Assembly: GCA_043228905.1 (NCBI GenBank)
Contig: JBHGNT010000006.1
Span: forward strand, 4,030,001-4,094,000
Source of the DNA: Azolla caroliniana
Taxonomy: Eukaryota; Plantae; Polypodiophyta
Length of the DNA stretch: 64,000 nucleotides
Direction of reading: 5' to 3'
The first letter of the stretch is position 1. Every line of letters starts with the position of its first letter. Positions 51,484-64,000 of this stretch are shown here, in pieces. The position numbers and the translations under genes were made by a program. The notes beneath the pieces were generated by a model, which was not told the DNA's origin, ran no database searches, and worked only from the letters and a program-made list of their open reading frames with translations.

Positions 51484-54400
51484 CTACATTTCCTCTACTG
51501 TCAATACAAACCCACATGGACATGTTTTAGTCCAGATACCTGTCAGTTCATCATACCTTTGATTCTTCTCTGGATAACTATGTTCATGCGAAGTATTCTC
51601 AATGCGATCTGATGTCTTGACATCATGATTAGTTTCATCCCTTAAGCTTTCCATGAACACGGAGGTTGTTGATATATTGTGCACATTAATACCATCATCA
51701 TTGTAAGGCATTGAACCAGAGAGAGAAACTTGATATGTATCTTGCAAACGTTGCCTCGTCGCAACTGAACGCAACAATTGGCACCATCTTGCAACAGCTT
51801 GTTCTTCTCGTCTTCTCTCTATTTCTACATTTCTCCAGTGTTCTGCTTCCATATATGCCTGCAATAAACATAATGGGTCATTCATTCCATTTTAGAAAAA
51901 ATTCCAATTTCTGTACAGAAATGAAGATTATATATACCTCCAAAAGAAGACTTTCATACTCTTTACACACAACAATGCCCTCAAAGACTGGCACTGTTTT
52001 CCGGTTCCTTATCTCATAGCCAACCATAGCAGGAGCAAAATCTATCTCAAACTTCTTAGCTAACGGAAGTATTCGGGGAAGGTTAATGTGTACTGTACCA
52101 GATGGTAAACATTTTTCTGACCACAGCTCCACATTTCCCCTCTCATTCTAGAGGTAAAAAATCCATCACTTTAGAAAACTGTGGGTCTCCACCATGAATG
52201 ATGACAATAAGTTACATTTTAGTGAAAGTATCTAGGTGCGAGGTGCACTTCCTTCAAGCTTGTAGGAAAATGGAATCATTTCCTACAAGATCTCGAGGTT
52301 ACCTAGTACCTCAACGACCCAGAAAGTATTTGGATGATTTGTTTCAAAAGAAAAGTCGACCAAATTTTACCTTAGGTACAATCCCTCCAATGGCAGCCGG
52401 AGGATGCCACGGTTCAGTTTGCCACTTCCCAAATAAGGAAGTAGTTGTAGCTTCATTAGAGCTTCCATCGACCATATTGTCTTCATGAGGATCTGGACAT
52501 TCCTTGTTCAGGAGACGAGAACTCTTTACAATCTACATATAATTTGTGAATATAAGCCAATTGTTAACAAAGACCTCACACAAATAGACAACACATACGT
52601 AATAGAGTGGTTCTCTACCTTCACTGGAGTTTCCTCAGATTTTACTTTGCATCCCTCTCTTAGCCACCGTTCTGCTGTGTGTAAAGTATGCACACAACTG
52701 CGAGGAAAGACAGGATGACCTGCACAGTATCCCAAAATTGGACCCCTTGGATGAAGTGCCTGATACTTGGTAAGCCATCTCTCCAAAACATAGAGATGAT
52801 GATTCCTATATGCCTGCCAAAACATGTAGATTCTCAGTAATTCATTGAAATCTAAACCTGACCTAGACTCATATTTGCATATATGCCCCCACCTGCTGAT
52901 TCTTTGGAAGTGGTTCCGTATATTCTTTTATATCTAGCTCCATGTCCTCTAAAGAAGCACGGTCATTTGCTTGAAAGGTTTGTGACGAAGAAGATAAGCC
53001 ATTAAAAGATTTATCATCACATACTACACCTTTTTCTTGCTTGGTAACTGTCATAGAAACCAACGAACTCTTAATATCAAAATTTGAAGTTGCAGTAGCA
53101 GCAGCTTCTAGCTCTTTAAGTGGAGCAAGGGTAGCATTCCACCAGTCACAGTTCACTCGTAAGGAAGTTAAAGCTGACCACAGCGTGACATAGCTGAAAA
53201 GCAAAGGCCAGAAAAATGGTCCATATAAAAACAAAATCTGGACAATAAGAACAGATATAAGCGCAAAACCGTAAAATACCCATAAGTTTACAAAATTTCC
53301 AGAATACCCACTCTAAGTTGTAGATTTTGTACAGGAATTTATTATACTGGTAAATTTGGAGAATTTACGGGTATTTTGCTGTTTTCCCTAGATATAATGA
53401 CGCAATGTTCATTATTACCGACGTGTGACATCTTTTGCTCCAGTTCCGGAAAATGCAAGAACATAGCAAAGAGGAATCTTACAAGAAGCTGCCGCACTCT
53501 CTACCATCCCTTCAGCATCCAGAAGACCTCTTCCACCATCCACATGCACCCATCTGCCCCCCCCATTTCCTCCACAATATACTTCAGCCCAGTGAAGCAA
53601 AGGTCCCATTTTCCGTGACCATATTGCACCCCCACCTGTTGTAGTATTTGAAGTACCTCCAGCCATCATAGAGCTACATTTACTCTGAGCTTTTGTATTT
53701 CCGACGTTAACCCTATTTTCATTTTGAGGTATGTTTCTCTTGAGATTCGAAGAGACAAGATCCTTCTCACTATCTGGCAACATAGAAGGCTTACAATCTG
53801 CACCTCCAGTTGCAGCCATTGCCATGGCTAATTGTAGCTCAAACTCTAAATCGCCTTTTTTCTTCACCTTTTCCCTGGATTCCTGAATTTCAGAATCCTC
53901 TAGTTCTTGATTGTTATTTCTTTTTCCCTCCTTATTCTGGATACTTTGTGAATCTTTATTGCTGCCAGGACTACTGTTAGATTTGAGTTTCTTTGATTTC
54001 TGTGCAATAGTGCAGTCTAAGGAATTTGGAACTTCTTCGATACTTTCTTTTAGCTTTCCTGATTTTCCACTGTATTTCGTGATCTCTTTTCTCTTATTTT
54101 TACCAATTGGCAATATGTTCTTTGGATCTACCTCATTTGAAGCTATATTAGATAAAGACTGAGGAGCACAAGAAGCAAGTAGCTGTCCCAAGCTCAATGC
54201 AGAATTCTTAATATTGTATTGGTATTCCAAAACCTCGTCTACGATACTTTTCATATCACTCTGTGGCATCTCCCAGTCTGCAGAAGCTTCAAGAGATAAA
54301 GCATTTGGTTTGAGTGGGAGAACATCTAGCACGGTAACATACCTACATGTGTAGCTCTCAGTAAGGCCCCAAATATAATAACCATGTATCTAGATACTAT

Positions 54401-57400
54401 TAAGTGAATTCTATTCAGATTTACAAAGGTCTTGATTCATATCAATATCTCATTTACCGTGCCGTAAAACCTAGAGCTCGAAGAAGGGAAACAAATAATG
54501 CAGCTACCTACATACAAAAGTATTGTGATATACGAAGCCAGGTGTCAGTTTCACAGACATCACAGTAGGAATATATCATCTGTGTAGCTCTTAGAATTTA
54601 ATCACTAGAACCATAATAATGTGAACTCCATAATTGATATTTATTTTAGGAACTCTTACAGCTTCACTTGATCCTGCCTGCATATGTAAAGTATTCAAGA
54701 GTAAGGAAGTCAAATCCTCTTTACTGGTGGATGAAAAAGACGAGGATGATGCCTTCTCCATAGAAATCTGAAATGTTTTGTGGAACTGCGAAGAAAAAAT
54801 AAATTATTCACTAGATATATTTGATATAGTACGTAACCTATTCATGTTCTGTAAGTATATGTGTCCTTGTGGCAAGGTCTTTCAATGCGATCCAAAGCTC
54901 TCCACTTCCCTAAATTATTTCCTTTCCCTCATCTATACTTTACTCAAATATGAATAAAAAAATTTAATTGTCAGAATATCATGCAAGGAAAGATTTATTT
55001 ACAATGTGAATAGCATGTGAAAATATTCAACAACACAACCAGCTATAAGAGCCGATATACTAGACCTTTCTGTGTTATGAAAGAAAGCAAGAAGCAAGAA
55101 CAATATATTAACATCCTTTGAGGGGCCAACATGACCTATAGGACCAAAGAAGAGATTACATCTCAAAATGTTGTCTCGCCTTTGAACAACAAACCAAAAT
55201 ATATGTAGCTGAAATAAAAAGTAAGAAAATAAACATGGCCAAAATATCCCGTTATCTATACATGTATTTTTTGTCTTTGAAATACCTCTAGTATAGCTTG
55301 ATGAAGAATGGAGGGAACAGGAGAGAATGGCATTTACTTATCGATGACAAGGGTGCAAGATCATGGTCCAAGCATTGCTATTGCCCGATCTAATGCAACC
55401 CCTTTGCAATGCCCTAGTGAGACCATGGTCCACAAGGCCGGGGCCTACATGAACAAATTGCTATGACCTGATCTATTGTAACCCCTTTGCAATGCCTTGG
55501 CTAGGAGCCAGCTTGTGTAGCCCTTGATTGACTTGGCATTAGGACTGATGGGGCTAAGGAAAGCTGTGAAACCCTTGATTAAACAAGTAATGGTAACTTC
55601 CTCCTATTCATACAAAGCCGTATAGTGGCAAATAAAGTGATTTTCATATCCCACTCCATGATGACACAATTTGCGAATTCTTCCTCCAAAGGTGTGTGTT
55701 CATATCTTCCTACCTTAATCTCTAACTGAAGTGAAGAGGTCCACAAGTACCCTATGACACTTCACAGTGCATACAATAGATGTATATCCATTATCCATAT
55801 AAGAGGGCTTGATGCTGAATCCATTTTCTGACGTGCCTTGTAGTTGGCCATCTTCCCAGCAAGAGATGTTGTGAAGTCAATCGATGTTTTTCCATTATCC
55901 AATTTGTTATCAGTTCAGATCAATCTATTACTTTCCATTTTGGTCATGTTCAAATGGGAATAATCTAGGTTATATTGGAACTAGGTAGTGCATTTATGCT
56001 TATGCCACATGACTTTGAACCAATGTTGCATTTCAACATACTAACAATGATAATCCCCATGTTCAACAAGTTGTTTGGATGACATAAGCGCCAACCTTGA
56101 GTACCCTCATTTAGGAAGCTCCATAGCCATTGGATACTAGTCACTGATTGGAATAATGATTCACTGATTATTGCAGCTCACCAAATCATCTTGTGGAACA
56201 CCGATACTTTGCTCCTAATCATGCAGGAAATCATTGAGACTAAAGCACTCTCCAAATCTCTCAAACTATGTACCTTGAGAAGACTCGATCCCCAGGTTTC
56301 TACTTAAGCATAGGCAACTTCGTGTAAGTAGAACCAAGGTCCTGTGAATGTTAGTCCTAGTTATATGTAAGATTGATTTTATGCCGTGTTTTCCTCTCTC
56401 AAGAAGAATTTTGGTCTGATCTCGTTACCCATGTTTGAGTGGTGGTAAACACCATCGCTTGAGTTTTATCCAGGTCTACAGACAAAGCTTTGCCCGTACG
56501 AAATGATTTTAAAGCATTTAAATTTCTTCAGCATCCCCCCAGAAAGATGGAGATCAGCACAATGTCATCAGCATATATGTAGCATTATCTGTATGGCTAT
56601 ACTTGCTAAGCATGCTTCTGAGCTGCCAAATCCCACTATGTAAGGTGATCCTCTCATCGGTATAGAGACCGACGCGAGTGGGTGATAGTGGGCATCCTTG
56701 TTTTACTCCAACTGTGCTAGCCACAATCTTTCACAACTCTTTGTGAGGTTGCATTTTTCCTAGCACAGATTCAAACAATGCATAGATTCCCCCTTGCATA
56801 TCTACGGGGACACCAAGGGCTTCTAGGCCCTGCATGACTCGAGCAATTTTCCTGACATGGATTCATACAATGCATGCATTCCCTCTTGCATATCTATGGG
56901 GACGCCAAGGGCTTCTAGCCCCTACGTGACCAGATCAAACAGTTAAATCCAAATAGTAAAGTCTTGAAAGCTTTTCTATGGACTCTGCCCTCCTCAATAC
57001 GGGCTTGGAGGGTCAATATGTGATCCAAAGTTTTGAATCCCTTTTGAAAGCATGCATGTCTAGTTGAGTGTATGCATGTCCATCCATACACTCAATTCCG
57101 ACTCTAGGATCAATCCATATAGTTTAGCCAAGTATGGCCAATCATGATAGTCCTAAAATTGCTCGGTATCCTGGGGTCTCCACTCGTATGGATTAGCACA
57201 ACGATATGTTCTATCCAGATAGTAGAGAAACCTTCACACGGCTCTAATAAAGATGTATACTAGCAATGGTGTCACGAGCATAGATAAAGTACTCACCTAC
57301 CAACCCATCATGAGCTTCGGCCTTTCTGAATTGTAACCGATCAATGGTGTTTTTTACATTTTGAGGAGTCGAAATGGTAGATTCATGTGGGCATGAGCCA

Positions 57401-60400
57401 TGTCAGTGGGGAAGCAAGGTTGCCCACAAATATTATGTAGTACCTTTGCATATTCATGCCACACTTGAGATTAAAGTGTCATTAGAGAGCCATTGCAATT
57501 CCATAAACTCATGCGTCATACTTAAACTTTCATATGCCTTACACCATCATGCAGCTCTCTTCTTTGTAATAATGAGCTTGCCATCTCTATATACAATCCA
57601 TTTTCCCCTTCCTTTTTTGCGTCGAGCACTCAATAGTATGTTTCCTTTGCAATTTGCTACTTGAGTTGGACTGAGATTGTTATCTAAATATATTTCACCA
57701 CCTTTGAGTGCCCATCGCTTGGATAGGAAAGCTTTTTTCTTTCACACATCTGTGAAATGGATGATCAAGGCTTTAGGCCTAGACTCTTCTCTTCAAACCC
57801 TCCATGTTGGAGCAAATGGAATATCTAATGCACTGATCTTTATTCCAAGTTTTCTGGCAGCTTCATGTGAGCTTCCTTTTTCAGCCCAAACGAGTTGTAC
57901 ATGCAATGTGTGAGCTTTCCTTTTAGATTCTTCTAATATAGCATTGATCACTTCCATCTTATCTAACAGCAGCTGCTGCTTTCTGTATGTCACTATTTCT
58001 ATCAATGGAGCATTTGCTTTAATTTCTTTATGAGCATGATTGCCTTAGCATCTAATACAATAAATACATAAAATGTTATAGTGTTAAAAACAGACAACCC
58101 ATTAAACCTAGTCTGCACACCAGTCATGCGATCCATAATACCAAACAATAATCCAAGACAAATGCCTATGACCTGTAGATTATTAAATCATATCATATAG
58201 AAATGTCCAGAATATCCATCCTATTCAAGAATATTTGAGGATTTTACATGCTGCCAATACCACCGCATATTCCAGATTAACCCACATTCTTTTATGAATA
58301 ATAATCAAATTCTGTAAAACCAACGATGCAATAATGTTGTCCCTATTTGCATAATTGGTTTTTCTAATTTGAAATTACTGATTAGAATGCAAGACAGTGT
58401 CATAATTCTATGTTTTCTGAACATGTATACAAGTAGAGACAACAAAGACAAAGGATGGAAATGATAAATATAATAGCAGAATTCCAATTCCAGACAAAAA
58501 AGGTGCAGATGTTTCTAGTTCTTATTGCAGTTCCATGGAACAACCTTTCAACCAAAACACAGGAAATTACAATGTACACTGTACATTATTTCATTTTTCC
58601 AGGGCTATTAGGCATACAGCCATATAATTTTCAGAAACCATATTTACACAATTTGCGCATTGTTCACCATAGATTGCACCGATTTAATTGAGTATATATG
58701 ATCCCCAACAAGGCATAAGTCATGAAATAAATTACAAAAACGTCACTACTCCAACTGAAACTCAATCAAGGTTATAACTGATATCCATGCAATAATAAAG
58801 CTCTAACACAAAACAGCAATTAAAATTTTGTATTAAGTGAATTCTGACATACCCATTTCACGACGGGTTCAAGATCAGATGCAGCAACATTTTCTATCTC
58901 GCAAAATTGACTTGGGATTACTGATAGAATTGAAGCCTATTCATAAGATGGATGTCAGTATATAATGGGCAACTATGAAGATGGAAATATTAAAATATAC
59001 TTTAAGAAATAAATGATTCAATATAGAATCTCCCAAATTGAGAAAATTAATGCTCTTTTAACTTATCACATTTCTAGCTTGCATTGAGTAAGGCATTAAC
59101 CTTAGGACATATCTTTGAGTGGGATGAAGAAGAGATTCCCTGGCAGAAGCAAATATATCTAAGAAACACAAGCTCTACCATTTACAGAACTCATCAGAGG
59201 AATGAGGTAAGCAATGCCAGCCCTCCAATCATGTGGTGTGGAACATGGTGCCAGCTATAGCATGTCATTACCATGTTTGTGACAAATAATATATCGACTG
59301 TCCTCATAGCACCTTTGTTTTTTTTAGAAGGCAGATCCCTAATTTCATGGATGGTGGTAGCATTCATTCTTGGGTCCTGACATTTTATCCTTGAACTTTG
59401 CACAATCCTCAACATATATATGGATGTATTATTTGAGCAATTTGTGCATGTTTTCTCAAAGGCTATAAGCAATTTATGTAGCAATCATGGGTAGAGTTAT
59501 GCTTTGATGCTACTAGAAGTAAGAAACAGGAACTTCTTGCATTACTAAGCCATTTACATGTGATTTTTCTATGGCTGTAAGTAATTTATGAAGCATTTAT
59601 ACTACAAGTAGTAAAACAATCTCTATTTAGAATTTCAATTTAACCCAACCTGTAGTGACCTCCGACCTATGGTTGCTAATATGTTTTGAAACATTGGAAC
59701 CTAAGAAAAACATTTCCTTTCGGTCACTTTCCACTATGAAGCATATGCTACCACATGCATTAATATTTCTTCTCCTCTACACAACTCTCTGTTTCTTTGC
59801 CATCATATTCCGTATGTCATCTTAAAATACAATCATTACATTGAAAAAACATCTTCTTTGACCTGTAAAAGCGGATCATCACATGCTGCATCAACAAGTC
59901 TACCTCTTGCAATCAAACAAAGCAAGTGTGCCTTATGAACCAGATCCGCAAATTCCTGTTATGAATAGAGAATATCATATATTACAACTCCCATACAACA
60001 TCATTAAGTGTCCTTATTCTCTTCTATTCAATTTATGAAAGTCAAACCTTGTCTTTTGCAGTTGCTCTCCTTGAAGTACATTTCCTCGATTTCTTCTGTA
60101 ACGTTTCAGAAGTACCCATGTCAACTTCAATGCTGATATCCCCAGTCCAAGGTTTATAATCATGTTGATCATATACAATGCTAGACGAACCAAACTCCCA
60201 TTCACATCCCTCTTCCATGGGTGCCCCATTATCAGATGCATCTTCAGATGTAGTAGTTTGTATACGTGCCTCTGAATCCTCTAGGCACATTTCAGCAGCA
60301 TCCTGAACAATTTCAACTGCTCCATTGCCAACTGGAGCACCTCTATGAGATGTTCCATACATCACATCTTTTAAAGTGGAAGCCCCAGTTCCACATATCA

Positions 60401-62242
60401 AAGAGTTTTCTAAGTGTGGATCATTCTGCCTCCCTTTTCGCTGGTAAAATAAGCTTGCCTGCCCTTCAAGGAGACTGTTTTCCCTAATTCTTTTCTGCAG
60501 CATGACATGAGTAAACCATGGATATTGATTATCAATTAGAAATTAAATGAGGCTGAGTTTATTTTACAATAGAAACTCTTTGTTTGTTCACAAAGCATAC
60601 ACTACTGTTTTTTGGAAGTTTATTAGCCTGTTCCTTGGCTGTTGCACCTCTGATGCCAGCTCGATCCAAAAGCTTGCCAACATCATTTTTGGATGCTTCA
60701 GCTAAAGTTGCTGCAAATGACATCAAACTATTAATCTGTAAAATTTCTCTCAGCCCATTTTGGAGATCTAGTTATACCTTGAGAAGTTTATTAATCTAGT
60801 TATACTTATTTTGGTTTGTTTTTCTCCAAAAGGAGGCAAAATTTTAAGATGCAATCTCTCATTTGATCTCATTGGCCATTTTTGACATCTTAAAAGACGT
60901 TAACACAGCTTTTTTTCTTTCTCCGGACATCAAAAAAGGTAGATCCTACATGACTATGCATGATACAGTAAAAACTTATCCATGATCATAGTACAGAATA
61001 GAAATCAAGAATAAAAGCTAGAGATCATAAACACAGTTATACAGGCAAGTTTTTGAACAATGAGTTATAACAGCTTGATATGCCCCCACTTTTATACCTA
61101 TTCTGGCATATAACCAGCTTCAGTGCACATTCATATAAAATCTCCATAAATTCAATTTTAATTATAGCAGGTAATATGGACAATGGCCAAGATTGTATTT
61201 TCTTTATTATGGATTCTGTCAGCCAAAAATCCACCTCTAGCACTCTGATTTCTTAAATATTTAAGGAAATATCCATATGAGAGCTTCAAATATGCAGCAT
61301 TTGATATGATTTCCACTGGTGAAAATTTTGTTAGCACGAAAGTGACCAAAAAAAAGACACCCATTGCATGGTGTACAAATAATTTGAAGCAAAAATCACT
61401 TACAGAGTCCTGCAGATGAATTGTTTTCATGGTTTTCAGGAGCTGCAGCATGTAAATTCTCTAAAAGATTCTCAAAGTCTACATCATTACAAAAAACTTT
61501 AAGACTGTTAGAAAACAAATACAACCAAAGCATCATATATTATGTATATTACATAAAACCAGAATAATCAGGCTTACATATTCAATGCAGTTAACCGATG
61601 AATATGAGTGAAAAGCAATAAAAGTACACAAGTATAAAACGAAACAAATATAAGAGTTAATTCACAGAACACAAGAAGTCCGTCTCAATGAGTATAGGTT
61701 TCTTCACCCTCCTTATCTATAATATGCACTAGAGTTGGAGGACTGTACCTCCAGTTCCAACCTGTCCTCTATTTTGGTTTGTTCTCAAAGATGAGACAAC
61801 ATTTTAAGGCAGATTCTCTCATTTGGTCCTCTTGAGAGATAATATATATTTCTTTCTTTTGTTGTTTCACTAAAAAAAATCATCTTATTGTATCCCTAGA
61901 TTATTAGCTGGTTTTATTCGACATTTATTCAATGGTCCCTCAACTGCTCAGGTGAAAAATTAAACCCACAATCTCTTGATCATTCACACACCAGATCTCT
62001 TTGCATAAAATGGCTACTTTAGCCTCTCTTTGAGTACGGTTGAATTATTACAGTTCCAATCCTAAATATTCTGGTCACATCATTTTGGATACGTAAGGCA
62101 TTCTTCTTTGTTATCTTTAGTTGTAAATCTCTACTCTCCCATACAAATGGTTCATTGCTACTTGTTTCGGGTCAATATATAGCAGAGTTGAGAGGATACC
62201 TGATGAGGGCTGGCTGGATCTCGTGCGCCTCCTGCCATTCAT
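51484..62242 (-). CDS. RAD4: DNA repair protein RAD4/XPC, ~1039 aa, 13 exons
   Basis: Exons 62242-62200, 60710-60601, 60494-60048, 59955-59863, 58936-58853, 54785-54660, 54507-54458, 54342-53419, 53193-52893, 52813-52619, 52532-52371, 52147-51938, 51858-51484 are in frame. Motifs LVHKAHLLCLIARG, HWAEVYC..GRWVHVD, AKDVTRRY, EPLPKNQQAYRNHHLYVLER, LFGKWQTEPW, PKNERGNVELW and FAPAMVG. The first exon is less certain. Confidence 0.95.
55290..57990 (-). mobile_element. RTE-like LINE remnant inside RAD4 intron 5
   Basis: Minus strand shows GFKTLDHILTLQARIEEG, VGVKQGCPLSPT (~56690) and IYADDIVLI (~56565); a ~95-bp internal duplication lies at 56770-56940. Boundaries approximate. Confidence 0.85.
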
Positions 62243-62709
62243 TGTGAACAAAAGAAGAGGAAGGTATCAAATCTTTCATAGGCTTCTGAAACATCATGCA
62301 ATTGACAAAATTTCAAAGTTCCATGTCCACAGTCTACATACAGACTTGGGGGCAGCATTTCATGTCTCCTCCTTCCCAAATGCATCCTCTAACCTCTCTC
62401 TCACACACACCTTGGATTTTCACCGAGAGACATGAGTGAGTTCAAATGATGGTTCGGACGTCCCTCTCTGTCACATCTTGGGCCCCCTCGCGAGTTCTAC
62501 GACCCAACTTTGTACAAGAGACAATATCGTATGTACGTTCATTTCCAATTGCTTGGCGAGCTTGAATTCCAGTTACTTGGCTGCTTGGGTAGCGAGATTC
62601 TAATCTATACGTTAGCGATGTAACTTCTTACCCCATGAACTCACCATAGATGTTAATGTTTTCTCCCAACTATTTTGAATCTATAGATTATGCTAATTGT
62701 GGATCGCTT

Positions 62710-62717
62710 TTTGGCGG
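62710..62717 (+). promoter_or_regulatory. Possible E2F site upstream of RAD4
   Basis: TTTGGCGG ~470 bp upstream of the inferred ATG; single 8-mer only. Confidence 0.35.
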
Positions 62718-62789
62718 CTTCAAGTGTCGCCACATCTTACCATGCGCCCAGGCAGGTTCCTTTGAGTCTAGGATAATCAAAGTTTAATC

Positions 62790-63120
62790 AACCATGATTT
62801 GGAAACACCTCTTTATTACAATTGTAGTGAACTTAGGTTAGGTTGGTTTTCCACCCAAACACAAGAGGGGATATCAACCAAAATTTCATTCTTTACAACT
62901 TATATTTGCCAACTCATAAGGAATATTGATTTGCTCAATTGATGCAAAGATCTATCATGAATTGGAAACACCTCTCTTGTTACTATTTTTGTGAATTTGG
63001 ATTATGTTGATTATCCACCCAAAACAACATGGAATATCAATCAAAATTTCATTCATTGGGACTTGTATTCACCAACTCATAAGGAATATGATTTCCTCAA
63101 TTGATACAATGATCTATCAT
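62790..63120. repeat. ~165-bp degenerate tandem duplication
   Basis: ttggaaacacctct...tccacccaaa...aaaatttcattc...ccaactcataaggaatat...ctcaattgat...gatctatcat occurs twice. Confidence 0.85.
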
Positions 63121-64000
63121 AGGCTACTCAAATTGCAGTCAAGTTTTTAGTTTGTCGGTATTTGTTGTCATACACAATATTAATGTGTTTTACACTCATA
63201 TTATTCATTCTTTACTACATCTCCCCTACCCAAAACAAACATACACATGTAAACTTATCAAATGCCCCACATGCATCAAAGGCAAAGGGGCATATTTATG
63301 GATAGAATTACATGTTATCCGTGGATTGGGAATTGTTTGTCACTTCATTACCACCACACAAATTGCATTAAGATGTTATACATTAGAACAATGATAAAAC
63401 ACTTGCAAATGCATGATCAACAATTTGATTATGCAGATATTCAAATAGATTAATTGAAATTTTAGAATGATGATCAATACAACGTAAGTAGAGTAACAAT
63501 TAAATCTATAAAAGATTGTAAAAGTCATTTATAACACTAAAAGAGTAAGAGGATTACATATTTAGGTTGATAACCATTAAATTTACATAAAAGATCTACA
63601 ACGTATTCTTGAGGTCCAAATATAAAACAAGACATATATGTTAAATCACAATGTGGAAGTATTACATCATCCATCAATACAAGAGAGGCTTGGTGTGCTC
63701 TCAAGTTATTAATGATAAAATCATAAGGTTACTCTATTGAAATTCTAATATTCAAATATCATAAACGTAGTCATGTAATAGTGAGGTTTATGCTTTGCAG
63801 GTTCTAACTCTTGAGCAATGGCTATAGCCTATAACATTGTGTTCATTGTAAAAACTAATTACAATGCAAGATTCAGGCACACTAACAACTTGTTGCTAAG
63901 AAAATGGATTTAAAATACAATACCATTCCCTTAAACTGAAACACTACTAAAAAAGAGGTTTATCAATTTTGCTCATAAGATGATAAGTTTACTAAACAAA

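Overview
Land-plant nuclear DNA: spliceosomal GT-AG introns, many (GA)n/(CA)n/(TA)n microsatellites and dense decayed retroelements. A seed-free plant such as a fern is my inference only. I could build seven intact-looking genes by hand: a bHLH-ACT transcription factor of the Ib(1)/ZHOUPI-like type (-), a divergent GPI-type nsLTP/xylogen-like protein (-), the 17-exon ribonucleotide reductase large subunit RNR1 with paired E2F sites (+), an intronless B3-domain factor (-), a phytocyanin-AGP (+), a CAT6/7-like cationic amino acid transporter (+) and a 13-exon RAD4/XPC (-). Intergenic DNA holds hAT, Mutator-like, Copia, Gypsy, L1-like and RTE-like remnants, a tRNA-derived SINE inside a (GA)n tract, an orphan xanthine dehydrogenase fragment and many short tandem duplications. 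I found no CRISPR array, rRNA, true tRNA or prokaryote-like system, and I cannot claim a new multi-gene system. Best leads: a phytocyanin with a His/Asp/His/Gln metal site (Cys ligand replaced by Asp), an LTP fold with very large inter-cysteine insertions, a perfect 44-bp palindrome carrying RY and E-box motifs upstream of it, and a LINE family whose 3' tip also occurs as a ~39-bp insertion with a 17-bp TSD. Coordinates were counted by eye and may be off by a few bases.
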